DNA of 40,949 nt from Proteromonas lacertae. Taxonomy: Eukaryota. The number at the start of each line of letters is the position of its first letter. Within the stretch, counting starts at the first letter, position 1. Position numbers and translations under genes: made by a program. Below are positions 25,753-38,316 of the stretch, piece by piece. The stretch lies in contig NGBS01000626.1 of NCBI GenBank assembly GCA_002245135.1, positions 1 to 40,949 on the forward strand. Reading direction: 5' to 3'. The notes beneath the pieces were generated by a model, which saw nothing but the letters and a program-made list of their open reading frames with translations, was not told the origin of the DNA and did no database searches.

Positions 25753-27662
25753 TTATTGTAGTTTAATTAACACTTTCAATTTTTTATTTGGATGATTTAA
25801 CAACATTTGTTTCTTAAATTCCACTTCATTTGAGATTTTGTTGTCAGAAATATCTAAAAACGCTAATTTTGAACATTTTGTTAAGTGTTTTAATAATAAT
25901 ACTGTAACTGCATCACTTACTTCATTATGCTGTAAATTTAGTCTTCTCAAGTCAATATGCCGAATATTATCAACAAAAACTATCATACTTTCATCTCCTA
26001 TTCTATTATCTATATACATATCATATATCAATCATTTAACTATACAATCAACATACAGCTCTTTTAAATGAGGAATATCAATTAGATGAAGACTGAGATT
26101 CTTAAAACCAGAATTGGATATTCTACAATCTATATATATATATATATAATATTATATATATCATTTATGATGAATTATGTTATACTGTATAAATTCAATG
26201 AGATAAGACGACCGATTGATTTTAGATTATCACACAGCACATTCATTCCATTATCTTTTATTCTGTTCCCTATTTATTATAATTTTAACTATTTATACCA
26301 CTAATATTTAGATTCTGTAATTTAGATATATATTTCAGTAATTTAGAAAATTTGACTATTCCTTTTTTAGTAATTCCATTATCTACAATAAATACAAATA
26401 AAAAATACCACTTAAGTCTAATACTGTCATATTATTCATTTGTTTCAATTCTTTACATAAATACAACAAACCATCATTTCCTATTTCAATATCTGTTCCT
26501 TCTTTACATTTGTCACCATTTTCATCTTTAACATCATAATAATTTAAATACAATTCAGTTTTGTTATTCTTTCTATATTTATTGATTCTTGAATCAATCA
26601 TATTTTCTATTAATATTTTAGAATTATTTTACTCTATTATACTTATTTCAGATTTTAAAACTATTTTATAATTATCATCATCATCATCATCATCATCTTC
26701 TTCTTCTTCTTCTTCTTCTTCTTCTTCTTCTTCTTTTCCTTCTTCTTCTTTTCCTTCTTCTTCTTTTCCTTCTTTTTGATCAACTTTAACTGGTATATGA
26801 GGTTTATTAATATTTATTTCATTTCGTTTTAGACTTTCTAATTTATTTATTAATTCAACAATTTTTAATCGTTTTGCCTTGTCTTTGTTTATTAATTTCT
26901 CCATTAATTTATTATATTCATCATCTTCTAATTTTGAATATTTACAATTACGTATATTGTCAACTGTTTCACAGAGAGTTTTGCCTTTATATATATTCTC
27001 ATTCTTCATTAAGTAGTAAAACACACAGCCAACATTCCAAATATCCACACTTTCATCTATCTCTTCATTCAATAATTCTTCATAACTTATATAACAGAAA
27101 TCATCTAATGATATACATCGATTTATTTCACTTCCTTTATATAATCTTGATAAAAAATAATCACCTAATACTACTTTATCACTTAATATCATTTTGTCTT
27201 TTTCATCAAAAAAGATATTATTTGGTTTTATATTGCCATGATGTGAACCAAATGTGTTTAACTCTTTTATACCTTCACATATATCCATTAATACATCATA
27301 CATACCACTTTCTTTGAAGTATTCTGCAATATTTATCGAATTCAGATTATCTCTGTATTTTACCATCTTTAATATCAATTTACCATCTTTTATCATCGTA
27401 ATATTTATTGATACTAATTTTTTAGGAGTGTTTAAGTTGAAATACTTTAATTCCTTTTTAACTACATCTACTATATTTTTATCCAATCTGCTTATGTCAA
27501 TTATTTTCAATATCTCTTCTTCTCCACTTTCAACATTTTCAACTACATATAACTCATTTCTAAATCCCAATATTTCACTCTTTATCTATAAATATTATAA
27601 CTCAATATTTTATATACCTTAAATTCATCTCCAACTATATATTTGTAATCTATTAACGACAT
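25753..27662 (-). CDS. Pseudokinase plus acidic linker plus RI-type LRR protein (same architecture as 13976-17266)
   Basis: ATG at 27662, intron ~27586-27617; HHGNIKPNN, VLGDYFL, ISYEE, DIWNVGC; poly-E/D linker; LRRs IEIGNDGLLYLC, NRIGDESMIVF, LNLQHNEV, LDISDNKI. Confidence 0.8.
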
Positions 27663-27789
27663 TCTATCAAAAGGTTTAAAATTGAAACGACTATTGTAAC
27701 GCATAAATATCAAACAAAACAAAACAAAACAGCAATCAAAATCAATACAAATTATATTAATAATAATCAACTATATTCAACCAAATATA

Positions 27790-29627
27790 CTACTTCCTTT
27801 TCTTATTTGGCATTGAAATATCTAAATCACTCAACTCACCCTTTTCCTCAACAATATCATTACTACTGCTATTATTTATAGTCTCATTTCTACTTCTTTT
27901 AATCGCTTCTTCAATTGGTTCAGGTATTGTCAATCTATCATTATCATCAATAGTAAACACCTTACCTTCATTAGAAACAGGATCATTAGACGAACAATAT
28001 GGATATTCTGAAGGGAGTGAAATATTTCCATTTAATAAATACTGTTGATAGATATAATTCCCTAGTTTTCGATCAGAATCTTCATCAAATGGTAATACTT
28101 CATTCAGGAAATTACATATCAATTTCAATTTTTCATTTTTATTACTTTCTTTATTCATTAGTGAATTCATTATTTCTTCCAAATGAGTAGATACAGCTAC
28201 ATGATTCATATCGTGTTCTTGTTTATCAGGATAATCACAGGAATGATATATCTTTTCTTCATCATATAAATGAATACTCACAATAATTGATAGAACTTTA
28301 AAATAGAATTAAAGAAAAATAATAAAAATAATAACAAATAGAAATATAATAATAAAAAAATGATATTGTGTTGTTTTATGTATTATAACAAAAGGTGAAT
28401 CGGATATTACATGATAATATAATGAATTAACGATATAAACTATTTCTTTATGTTCCATATCAAATACTTCATTGTTTATTGAAAACATTTCATTTTGCCA
28501 TGTTACCCAAGGCAATTCTATAATAATCATAATAATAATAATAAACCAATATAAATATATATAATAATTATACTTTTAGCAATATGTAATTCAAATGTTG
28601 ATTGAATCTGTGGTGATGATGATATTACGTATTTATTACTATTCAATGAAGAAGAAGAAGTTGAATTATATGATATCTGTGATGATATTGATGAAGCTGA
28701 TGAAGATGAAAGACATTCTGGTATGTTGATGATGTTCAAATCATTATAACAACTACCTGTATTAGCTGTATTTGGTGTATTTACAATTGTATTTGTATTA
28801 GCTGTATTTGATGTATTATTTGCATTTTTATATTGATTTTCTATTTGTGGTAAATGAATATATGCATTGAATAACAGACTTAAATGCCTTTCCCATGACC
28901 TTTTACTTTCTCCAGAAAAATCATCACTATAATATATTATTATATATTAATATATATACCCAATGCAATTGTGAATAACATGAATAGATGCTGAAGTTAG
29001 ATTGCAATAAGCATCACACGAGAAATTGTATTTATTATAATAATCTTTACATAGTGTTGATGCTATTTCATTAGCTTTGTAAAAAAAAGGATTAAAGAAA
29101 AAATGATTTGTATATATATAAATATATAAAAAACAAGATATATGAGGATTTTCAAAAAATAACTCAACTGGTACATATATAAATTCATTAAATATATTCT
29201 CTACAATGGTATTTTCTTCCATTTCTGTGTATTCTGCTGCTCTTAAAGGGAATATCACTTAAAACCGATTAAGGTCTTTAATAAATATATTACTAAAAAT
29301 AAGATATATTATATATTCCTGGACAAGTTATTATTAATCTGTCTAAGAATTGCTTTTTTAGAAAAGTGCAAGCATCAATTGATGTGTTGAATCTATGATA
29401 ATAAACACTACCTGTAACTTACAGTTTTATCCTGGTGTTTATAGACAAATTGCAGTTTATTATATTTGTAAGGTCTGTCATACATTTTTGTTCAGATCTT
29501 TTATTGACGGATGGATTATCAATATACCTATTGTTATATTTTTTTTATACACAGTATACCATGTTGGAAATTTGATTTTATCCTCCCATTTAGAAGAAAA
29601 ATTAGGGATTGACAAGGAATTACCCAT
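27790..29627 (-). CDS. Hypothetical multi-exon protein(s); structure uncertain
   Basis: ATG at 29627 (MGNSLS, possible myristoylation site), short GT-AG introns, ORF pieces 28947-29258, 28527-28739, 28309-28530 and 27790-28281, ending in a basic KKRK. I could not keep the frame continuous near 29260-29320. Confidence 0.5.
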
Positions 29628-29694
29628 TTTTACTTAGTCAATGTAATTCTTACCAAAGATCACAATCCTACACAAGCTTTTTGAGATTAAAATT

Positions 29695-30558
29695 ATGTCA
29701 AAATGGCTACGTTCTGCTCCAATGGAGTACTTATCCATTACATTTCATGAAGACGTAGGTCACCAACTGGTTGATGAGTTAGGGATGATAGGCGCTTTAC
29801 AGTTCACTGATGTATTTCTTTTTATTGATTTTATATAAATATGAATAGTTAAATTGTGAAAAAACTGCATTTCAAAAACGTTATGCTAGTTATATCCGTC
29901 GTTGTGATGAGATTGAGCGAAAATTGAGATTATTCGAAGAATTATTAACAAACTATAACATAAAAATTGATGTATTGTTCTTTATTAATGATTGTCTAGG
30001 ATACTGTTGACTATCAAACATTCATTGAAAACATAGCCTACCAATCAACGAAACTATCAAATACACAAATGTTTGACGATTTTGAATCTGATATTGATAA
30101 GAAATTAGCTGATTTAGAACAAATAGAAAAGATATACTCACATATGACCAAAGAATACAATGATCGAATAGAATTTAAACAAATTCTACTGAACGCAGAG
30201 TCATTCTTCCAAGAAGCAGATGTGTACAATGAAAAACTATCAAAAGACAGTAAAGAAATTGATTTAGAACAAGGATTTAATGATGAAAATCCAGGTAATT
30301 TGGAAAGACAAAATAGCTTGTTAAAGTTTGATTTTATAGTAGGTGTGATAGAGAGAGATAGTAGAATATCATTTGAAAGAATGATATTTAGATTAACTAG
30401 AGGCAATTGTTTTATGAAATTCCAAAAAATGAATGAAAATGATGTTAATTCAAATAATGGTGGAACAAAAGAGATTTTTATTATATTTTATTATACACAT
30501 GCTATTAAGAACATATTATATAAAATATGTGAAGCATTTAATGCAAAAATTAGTGATG

Positions 30559-30600
<42 letters not shown>

Positions 30601-32546
30601 ATTTTTTATAGATTCCTTATTTAAACAATCCAAAACAAGTAGAAATTAGTTTAAAAGATACAGAGGATTATTTCAAAGACTCCAATATTATATTAAAGAA
30701 ATCTGAAAAAGATTTAATCACTGCTTTAACAGAAATCGGAAAAAATATGAAAGAATACAAGTGGAAAATAAAACGAGAAAAATTGATTTATCATACACTA
30801 AATATGTGTAAATCAACAGGATATGGTGCATTGAATGCTCAAGGATGGGTTTTAAAAGAAAAAGAAAATTTAGTGAGAGAAGCCGTTAAAAGATCTCATT
30901 CAGATAATGATTTTCACGGTTTAGTGGAAATATTAGATTGGAGTGGATTAAAACCACCTACTTATTTTTACACTACTTTCTTCACTGAGATATATCAGAG
31001 TATTACAGATACTTATGGTATTGCGAGATATGAAGAAGCTAATCCATCATTATTTACTTTGGTTACATTTCCATTTATGTTTGGTATGATGTTTGGTGAT
31101 TTTGGTCATTGTATACTCTATAAAATTTATTTATTAATAGCATTTGTACTTACATTAGTTGCATTAGCATTTATATTTTATGAAAAACAGATAAAAGCAG
31201 CAAAAGTATCAGAAATGATAGAAATCGTATTTGGTGGAAGATATGTAATGATCATAATGGGATTATTTGGAATGTATTGTGGTTTACTTTACAATGATTT
31301 CTTCTCACTTGGTATTGATTTATTTGGTTCTGTTTACACTATTCCTGATGATATTATTGATAATAGTACAAGTAGTATAAGAGTAGTGGAAGCAGTGAAA
31401 GAAAGTGGAAAAGTTTATCCATTTGGATTAGATCCGATTTGGCATGCTGCTTCCAATGAATTGACATTTGTTAATTCAATGAAGATGAAATTGGCTGTGA
31501 TTGTTGGGATTATTCATGTATAAATATATTATATAAATATTATATATATATTATATATTAAATAGATGATAATGGGAGTATGTCTTAAAATCTCCAATAA
31601 TCTCCACTTCAAAAACAAAATTGATCTTTTCTTCGAGGCAATTCCTGAACTTATATTTATAGTCTCTCTATTCGGTTATATGATATTTGTAATCATTTAC
31701 AAATGGATGATAGATTGGGATATAGAAATGTCTAAAGGGAAAGGAGTTCCTGAACTAATCACCACTTTAATCAACTTAGCTCTATCACCAGGTACAGTAC
31801 AAATTGAATTATATAAAGGTCAAGCCGTCATTCAAGTTATTTTATTATTAATAGCCGTTATTTGTGTTCCTATTATATTATTAGGAAAACCGATTATATT
31901 GACTTATAGACATAAGCATGAACTTAAGCATAAAGAAAGTATATCTAAACTAATGAAATCTTCATCACAATTATTATTAGAAACATCAACTGATAGTAAT
32001 GATAATAATAATAAGAAGAAATTATTATTACCATTTAAAATAGAGAATTCAACATTGGTACAGGAAGAGGAAGAAGTCTATGGTGCTGAGTTATTAATAC
32101 ATCAAGGAATTGAGACTATTGAATATGTGTTAGGATGTGTATCAAATACAGCATCATACTTGAGATTATGGGCTTTGAGTTTAGCACATTCACGTATATA
32201 TATATATATATATATATATAATTGGATTTGATTGTTTTTTTTTTCTATATTTTTACAACTCTTTGTTATTATTATTATTGTTATTTAATTAATAGAATTG
32301 GCAATTGTATTTTGGCAAAAGGTAATGGTATTAACAATACAAATGGATATATTCATAGCTCCATTCTTTGGTTATATAATATTCGCATGTGCAACAACAG
32401 GTGTTTTACTGATAATGGATGCTTTAGAATGTTATTTACATACAGTTCGTTTACATTGGGTTGAGTTTCAGAATAAGTTTTATCAAGGAGATGGTTATAA
32501 GTTTTCTCCACTTAGTTTTAAAGATGAATTATGTGGTGAGGAATGA
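29695..32546 (+). CDS. ATP6V0A: V-type H+-ATPase V0 subunit a
   Basis: [108 protein letters not shown]; several short introns. Confidence 0.97.
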
Positions 32547-32747
32547 TAAATGAATATGTTTTAAAATTTGATAATTATATGATAGTAATATTGTTATTGT
32601 TTATAATATTTAATACCATTCACATAACAGCTTGAATATAATATTACAATAAGTTGTATATCTATGTTAAAACACGTGATTAAAGGAAATGAATATTCAA
32701 ACTTGTTTGACATTTTAAAACGAAAAACTGAATTTATTCAATATATA

Positions 32748-34652
32748 ATGATGTTTATGGTTAATCACAAGATTATATTCACATTATCTTTTGTTTATTT
32801 ATTTTCTGTGGTTTTTTGTTTAAGAATAAGTGATTTAGAAAGAAAAGAGTATAAAGAAGGAGATGAAGTATATATTTCTATTTATTATTAATAGATTGTT
32901 ATAAGTGTTACTAGATTAATATCCGATAAGACTAAAATGCCAATGAGATACTATTCACTTCCCGTGAGTTGTTTGGAAGTTAAATGGTGGCTATACGATA
33001 TAAGTGATTCGTATTTTGGTAATTGTTATGAAAGTACTTATTCAACTAGGTTTGAAATGTTGAAAAATAGAGATTGTCATATATCAAATAGTGAAAAATC
33101 CAATATTAGATATGCAAAATTCTTGCATAGATTAATTAAAAAATATCAAGATAATGTATTAATAAAAGAATTTATTGGAGTGGAAAGACTATCCTTAAAA
33201 AATTCAATTAAAAATTATAAAGATTATTATTATGAGAATGGATATATATTTAGTAAATATGACAATGAAAGCTATTATTTACAAAATCATATATCATTTA
33301 TAATAAAATATGAAAAGAGTAAAGAAAAAGAAAATCATTATAGAATTTTAGAAATAGAAATAATACCATCAACAATAATGAATAATAATGTAAGTGTATG
33401 TGATAAGAATACATTTAAATACTACATAGATAAAGAAAAAGATAGTAAAACATTACTGATGGTTTTTCATACTTACAGTATTGAATATATAGAAGAATCA
33501 AATATAAGAAATGATGTAAATATAAACATGAATGTTGTTGAAACAGTTAAACCTAATTGGTTCAAATTTGGTTTATCAATGATAATAACTGTGATAATAA
33601 ACATTGTAATTGGTTTGATGATAATTCAAAGAGTTGTTGAAGATATATCAAAATATAATACTTATAACTATAGTAGTTACTATTACAGTAATAGTTATAG
33701 AAGAATAGATGATGAAGTAGAAAGTGGTTGGAAATTACTTTATGGAGATGTATTTCGTCCTTCAATGAAATATCCAATGTTATTTACTGTAACAGTTGCA
33801 TCAGGTAGTTCTTTGTTTTATATGTCAATCTTAGTAATAATTTTATTTTATCTAAATAATATGCAAGATACGAATGCATTTCTTGTAATTTTTACTTTTG
33901 TAATACCTATTTTGTTATACAATTTCTGTAATGGAAATTTTTCTGGTAAATTATACAGATTCTTTGATGGTAAAAATATAAAAATGTTATATATATGTGT
34001 TACACTGTATTTTCCTTGTGTAATAGTTACTACTACATTATTAGTAGATTTAATTTTATGGATTTTTGGTGAAGAAGTTGGTAGAACAAAATATTCATTT
34101 GAAATATATTACTATAGTATTTTATATTTTGCACCAATTTGGATTTTTTATGTAATATTTGTGGTATTTGCAACATATATTGGATACAATGATACTCCAT
34201 ATAGTGTAGAGATTAATCAAATACCTCGTGAAATAATGAAACAACCATGGTATAGAAGAACAATTCCATCAATGTTATTATCTGGATTATTACCATTTAT
34301 TGAATTTATGATGAATTATCATTTTTTCATTAATTCAAATTATCCTCAAGAACAATATGTAAATTTTTTACTTTTCTTGATATATATAGTAAGTTTGATT
34401 TGTTCATGTGAAATGTCAGTGATCTTTTGTTATTATCAATTAAATGAAGAAGATTGGAAATGGTGGTGGAGATCCTTCTTTATAGGTGGTTCAATATCTA
34501 TATATATGTTAATATATACATTATTTTATGAAATTGACAAATTTGCTATAATGTCGTATATCTGTCTCATTTTATTTTTAACAAATGGTTCAATGGGATT
34601 TTATTCGTGTTTCTGGTTTATTCGAAAGATATATTCATCTATTCAAATTTGA
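32748..34652 (+). CDS. TM9SF / endomembrane protein 70 (nonaspanin)
   Basis: Signal peptide, YKEGDEV, intron ~32868-32895, YYSLP, ESGWKLLYGDVFRP, NQIPREI, SGLLPF, EEDWKWWWRSF, FIRKIYSSIQI. Confidence 0.93.
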
Positions 34653-34799
34653 CAAATATGTATATATATACTTCTAATAAAAAAGACTAATTGCGTTTGA
34701 ATATTGTTATTGTTATTGTTTGTTGTAAATGTGATAAATAGTGTGCATAATATTTTTGATAATTATTGAGCCAAATCAAGTTTATATTATTAAATTATT

Positions 34800-35184
34800 A
34801 TGCTAATGATAAACAAGAATATGATCTATACAATAATATTTATTTATTTTATCTTAGCAGCAGTATGTTATAAAACTGTTGAAGCAGAAGGTAGAAACTA
34901 TAGAAAAGAGAATGAAGTATATAAAAAGCTTATAATTATATAATAATTAGATAAAAGAATCAATAGTTACAAGCAGTTCATATAAAGAGTTATATATCCA
35001 TAATAATATCCATAATAAAATAGATTGATATAAATTTGTAAATACCACTGTAATTATTTTACTTGTTAATGTTCTAATCGCATTTACATTAAGATATAAA
35101 ATCAATCAAGATATTAAAAAATGTTATGATGAAACAATAGCAGAAAAACTAGAAGAAAGTGGTTGGAAATATAATAATGAATAA
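34800..35184 (+). pseudogene. Truncated, internally deleted TM9SF duplicate
   Basis: MLMINKNMIYTIIF...RNYRKENE plus an intron at the same position as in the upstream TM9SF. It jumps to KID*YKFVN (TGA where the paralog has W in NWFKF), then TM1 and EESGWK, after which similarity ends (35169). Confidence 0.75.
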
Positions 35185-35187
35185 TAA

Positions 35188-35272
35188 AGGGAAATAGCAC
35201 AGTGTGCCATTTCCCTATATGTGTTTTTGATTCAAAAAAATAGCCGTTTCAATGTGTGCTATTTCCCTATAT
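35188..35272. repeat. Inverted/direct repeat cluster
   Basis: AGGGAAATAGCACA (35188-35201) is inverted at 35203-35216 (1 mismatch) and perfectly at 35255-35268; TTTTTGATTCAAAAA lies between the two inverted copies. Confidence 0.85.
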
Positions 35273-35422
35273 TGTTTTTTCATCATTAGAAACGTTTTTA
35301 ATGCATAATAAATATATCAATCGATTTCTCTATTTATGCTGGGCTCATATATGCCCTTAGTTTGACTTTCTGATCATAATCGAAATTTAATTTTCTTAAA
35401 AAAATTCAAAAAACAATGATAG

Positions 35423-35474
35423 ATAGGATGGCCACTATACTGTGTGATATGACACCATATAGTGACCATCCTAT
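35423..35474. repeat. 17-bp-stem hairpin
   Basis: ATAGGATGGCCACTATA (35423-35439) pairs with TATAGTGACCATCCTAT (35458-35474), one mismatch. Confidence 0.85.
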
Positions 35475-35655
35475 ATCAAATAAAACAAAATATAGAGTTC
35501 AAGCCAAATCACTTTTGAAACGAATGCTTTTTTCAAAAATAGCTTAATTTCTTTTATAATTATTTTAATGTGTTAATTAGCACACCATATAATTTATAAG
35601 TTATAATACTAACCCAAACAAAACAAAACAAAACCAATTCAAGATTCATTATGAT

Positions 35656-36466
35656 TTAATATTCTGATTGCCATTCTACTTCCATATCATCTTCTTCACT
35701 TTCACTTTCATCTGCATAACTAAATAAATTAACCAAAGTGTCTTTTTTTGTTTCTTCAACTTCCATATCAGAATCTGTTTCTAAATCGGATTCAGTAATT
35801 GTGATAAATTCTTCTTCTTCTTGTTTCTTTGTGATAACTTCTTGATCTACATTATTATCTTGTTTATTCTCTTGCTTTTTTACTTGCTCATTAATATCGA
35901 TTCCAATTTCCTTATCATCTTCACTCTCACTTGAACTACCGCTGTTATAATCATCTGAATATAATATTCCACAAATATTATTATATTTATCATCATATTC
36001 TTTTGGATAATCAGCTGATTTATCACCATCACCGAATTCAGTTATTTCTTCTTCAGCTAATACTTTCAAAGATACATATAAGTAATCAAGTTTACGATCA
36101 ACCTATATATATATATATTAATATTTATAATCAATTCATACAATTGTCTTGATATTATTAGGATTATAATTAAAGCAGTATATAAAATAATTCTTGAAGT
36201 TCCTATAACTCTCTAATCTATCTCTGCTGTCTTTGATCCATATATTCTTGAATGATTGTAACATGTAGTATAAATTCGGAAAATATATATTATGTCTCCA
36301 CCTATGAATAATATAAATTAGGAATATACTTATATCTGCTTAGTTCTCTTTGTCTTTTCACGATATCAGATAAATTAAATATTACAACATCGAATTCACG
36401 ATCTTCATGGTAGTTCTTTACTTTCACTTGATATATCACCTCTTTCTTGAGGATAATGCCACTCAT
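35656..36466 (-). CDS. Orphan protein with acidic C-terminus, two spliceosomal introns
   Basis: ATG at 36466 (MSGIILKKEVIYQ...); GT-AG introns 36302-36329 (28 nt) and 36103-36141 (39 nt) splice into one continuous frame ending ...EVEWQSEY*. Confidence 0.75.
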
Positions 36467-36871
36467 TTATGATGTAATTTTAAAAAGATAAATAGATTTC
36501 AAACCTGCCGGCTTGTTCAAATCTATTTTGATAAAAACTATAAAGGAAACATGATAGATAGAATCTAAGTATTATTTATATATACTTACTAGGGTATATA
36601 CCCATCTCAATTATATCAATATCTCATTTCAGGCAATAATCTAAATCATCTTTGATTATGAAACATATATGAAATCTAACTATATCAATCGATTGCTTAT
36701 GATATGCCATATAATAAGAAACACATCAGATTATTCATTATGTTAATGGATCGTGAGATATTATTTTTTTTAACAAACCTCAAACATTTGTATTACTAAA
36801 CAAACAATAACTTTATTGATTAGACCCATAAAAATTTAATAATATATATAATAGCAAAAAATACAAAGAAT

Positions 36872-37332
36872 ATGCCTGACCATTTAACATATAATATGCT
36901 TAGACAACCTAACGGTGAATATGCTTTTTACATTCATAGATATAGAGACAATAGAGCACATAGATGGGTCATTCAATTTCCAATTAAAACAATGAAAATA
37001 TTAAAAAGAAATAAAGTAAAGGTGTTTATATGTGGTTCACTCAGAACTAATAGAAATGATCCAGAAGTACTAGGTGATTATAGACATCATGGCGATCAAT
37101 TAATGATAAACCTCAAAACCTATGGGTATGACAGAAGAGCTTCAATATTAGTAATGAATAGAAAATTAAGAAATGGAGAACATGAGTATGCAGATGGTGA
37201 TTGTATTCCTCAAAAATTTAAAAAATATGTTTTTCATCATATGAGTTATCAATGGAATGGAGGGAATTTTTATCACATACATCCAGTTGATAGAAATGTT
37301 GCTGATGGAATTAGTAGTAGTAGTAGTAGTGA

Positions 37333-37367
<35 letters not shown>

Positions 37368-37378
37368 ACTCTGATTAA
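36872..37378 (+). CDS. Orphan intronless protein with poly-Ser tail
   Basis: 168-aa ATG ORF; (AGT)n-encoded Ser tail; TGTTTGTT 30 nt after the stop. Confidence 0.7.
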
Positions 37379-37482
37379 ATACTTAAAAATTCTATTATTA
37401 TTATATATGTTTGTTTTTGTTTGATAAACATACTATTAATAGTTACTATATTTTAAATAATATCAATTATAAAAATCACAAC

Positions 37483-37854
37483 ATGTCTTATTATGGAGGA
37501 TGGCCAAAAGGGTTTAAAATTAGTAAAGACTGGAATACATATATTCCTAAATCAGTTAACAGGAGTAAATGGAGAAAGAGCTATGATTTGTATAGAGACA
37601 AAGTAAAGAATGCACTACAAAACAAAACAAAAGTTAAATTACAATATAGACAATTAATGAAAATGTATGAACGATTATTAGCTGCTAATCCACCTAAACA
37701 AAGAGGAAGACCAAAAGGAAGTAAAGATAGAGCAAAACGTAAACCAAGACGAGCCGGGCCACGAGCCGCGCCAAAGAATGATCCACATCGTATTGTTGTG
37801 CATAATGGCAGGCATTATCAGTATGGTATTCCAGTTCCTAATATGGATAATTAA
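37483..37854 (+). CDS. Small basic protein with AT-hook-like motif (candidate viral DNA-condensing/core protein)
   Basis: ATG at 37483 (MSYYGGWPKG...); KQRGRPKGSKDRAKRKPRRAGPRAAPK. Confidence 0.65.
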   Translation: MSYYGGWPKGFKISKDWNTYIPKSVNRSKWRKSYDLYRDKVKNALQNKTKVKLQYRQLMKMYERLLAANPPKQRGRPKGSKDRAKRKPRRAGPRAAPKNDPHRIVVHNGRHYQYGIPVPNMDN

Positions 37855-37948
37855 AGTAATTCTTTATATATTCTGTTTTTTATGTAATATATATGTGTGT
37901 TTGGTATTGCTATATCCGGCCGCCACTTTGCAACTTGAATTGTAATAT

Positions 37949-37976
37949 AAGTTACAACTGGCGCCAGTTGTAACTT
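37949..37976. repeat. Perfect 28-bp palindrome between convergent genes
   Basis: AAGTTACAACTGGC|GCCAGTTGTAACTT, overlapping an imperfect direct repeat CGCCA..TG.AACTTGAATTGT.AT (37921 and 37962). Confidence 0.9.
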
Positions 37977-38079
37977 GAATTGTGATGTATCTTATAACTT
38001 GGGCTAGTTGTAAAATACAAGTTTAACCAAAAATAAAAAGAACATAATATAATAATATAATATAAAGAGTGAAATAAAT

Positions 38080-38316
38080 TTAAATAGTCATTTTCCTTTG
38101 TTTAGTGATTTCAATAAGAGACTGAATATCTTTAAGTGTCTTATCATGTTCTAACCCTTTATTCATCATGGCATCTATATTATTTCTAAGTTCTTCTATG
38201 TCTGTATTGTTTGGAATACAATTGTGTGCCTTTAAGTATTTGAAAAGAGCCAAAGCTATCATATACAATACAAATACAAGAACTGAAAGCAAAACAGTTA
38301 TTACATCAAAGTCCAT
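38080..38316 (-). CDS. Small single-TM protein with coiled-coil tail
   Basis: 78 aa; N-terminal hydrophobic helix VITVLLSVLVFVLYMIALALF. Confidence 0.6.
   Translation of the reverse strand: MDFDVITVLLSVLVFVLYMIALALFKYLKAHNCIPNNTDIEELRNNIDAMMNKGLEHDKTLKDIQSLIEITKQRKMTI

Noticed and set aside
30558..30600. (TA)n and similar microsatellites
   Set aside because: Ordinary intronic slippage repeats in an AT-rich genome.
13976..32546. Fragmented ORFs as pseudogenes or an alternative genetic code
   Set aside because: The breaks checked coincide with short GT-AG introns, and the standard code gives intact conserved proteins.
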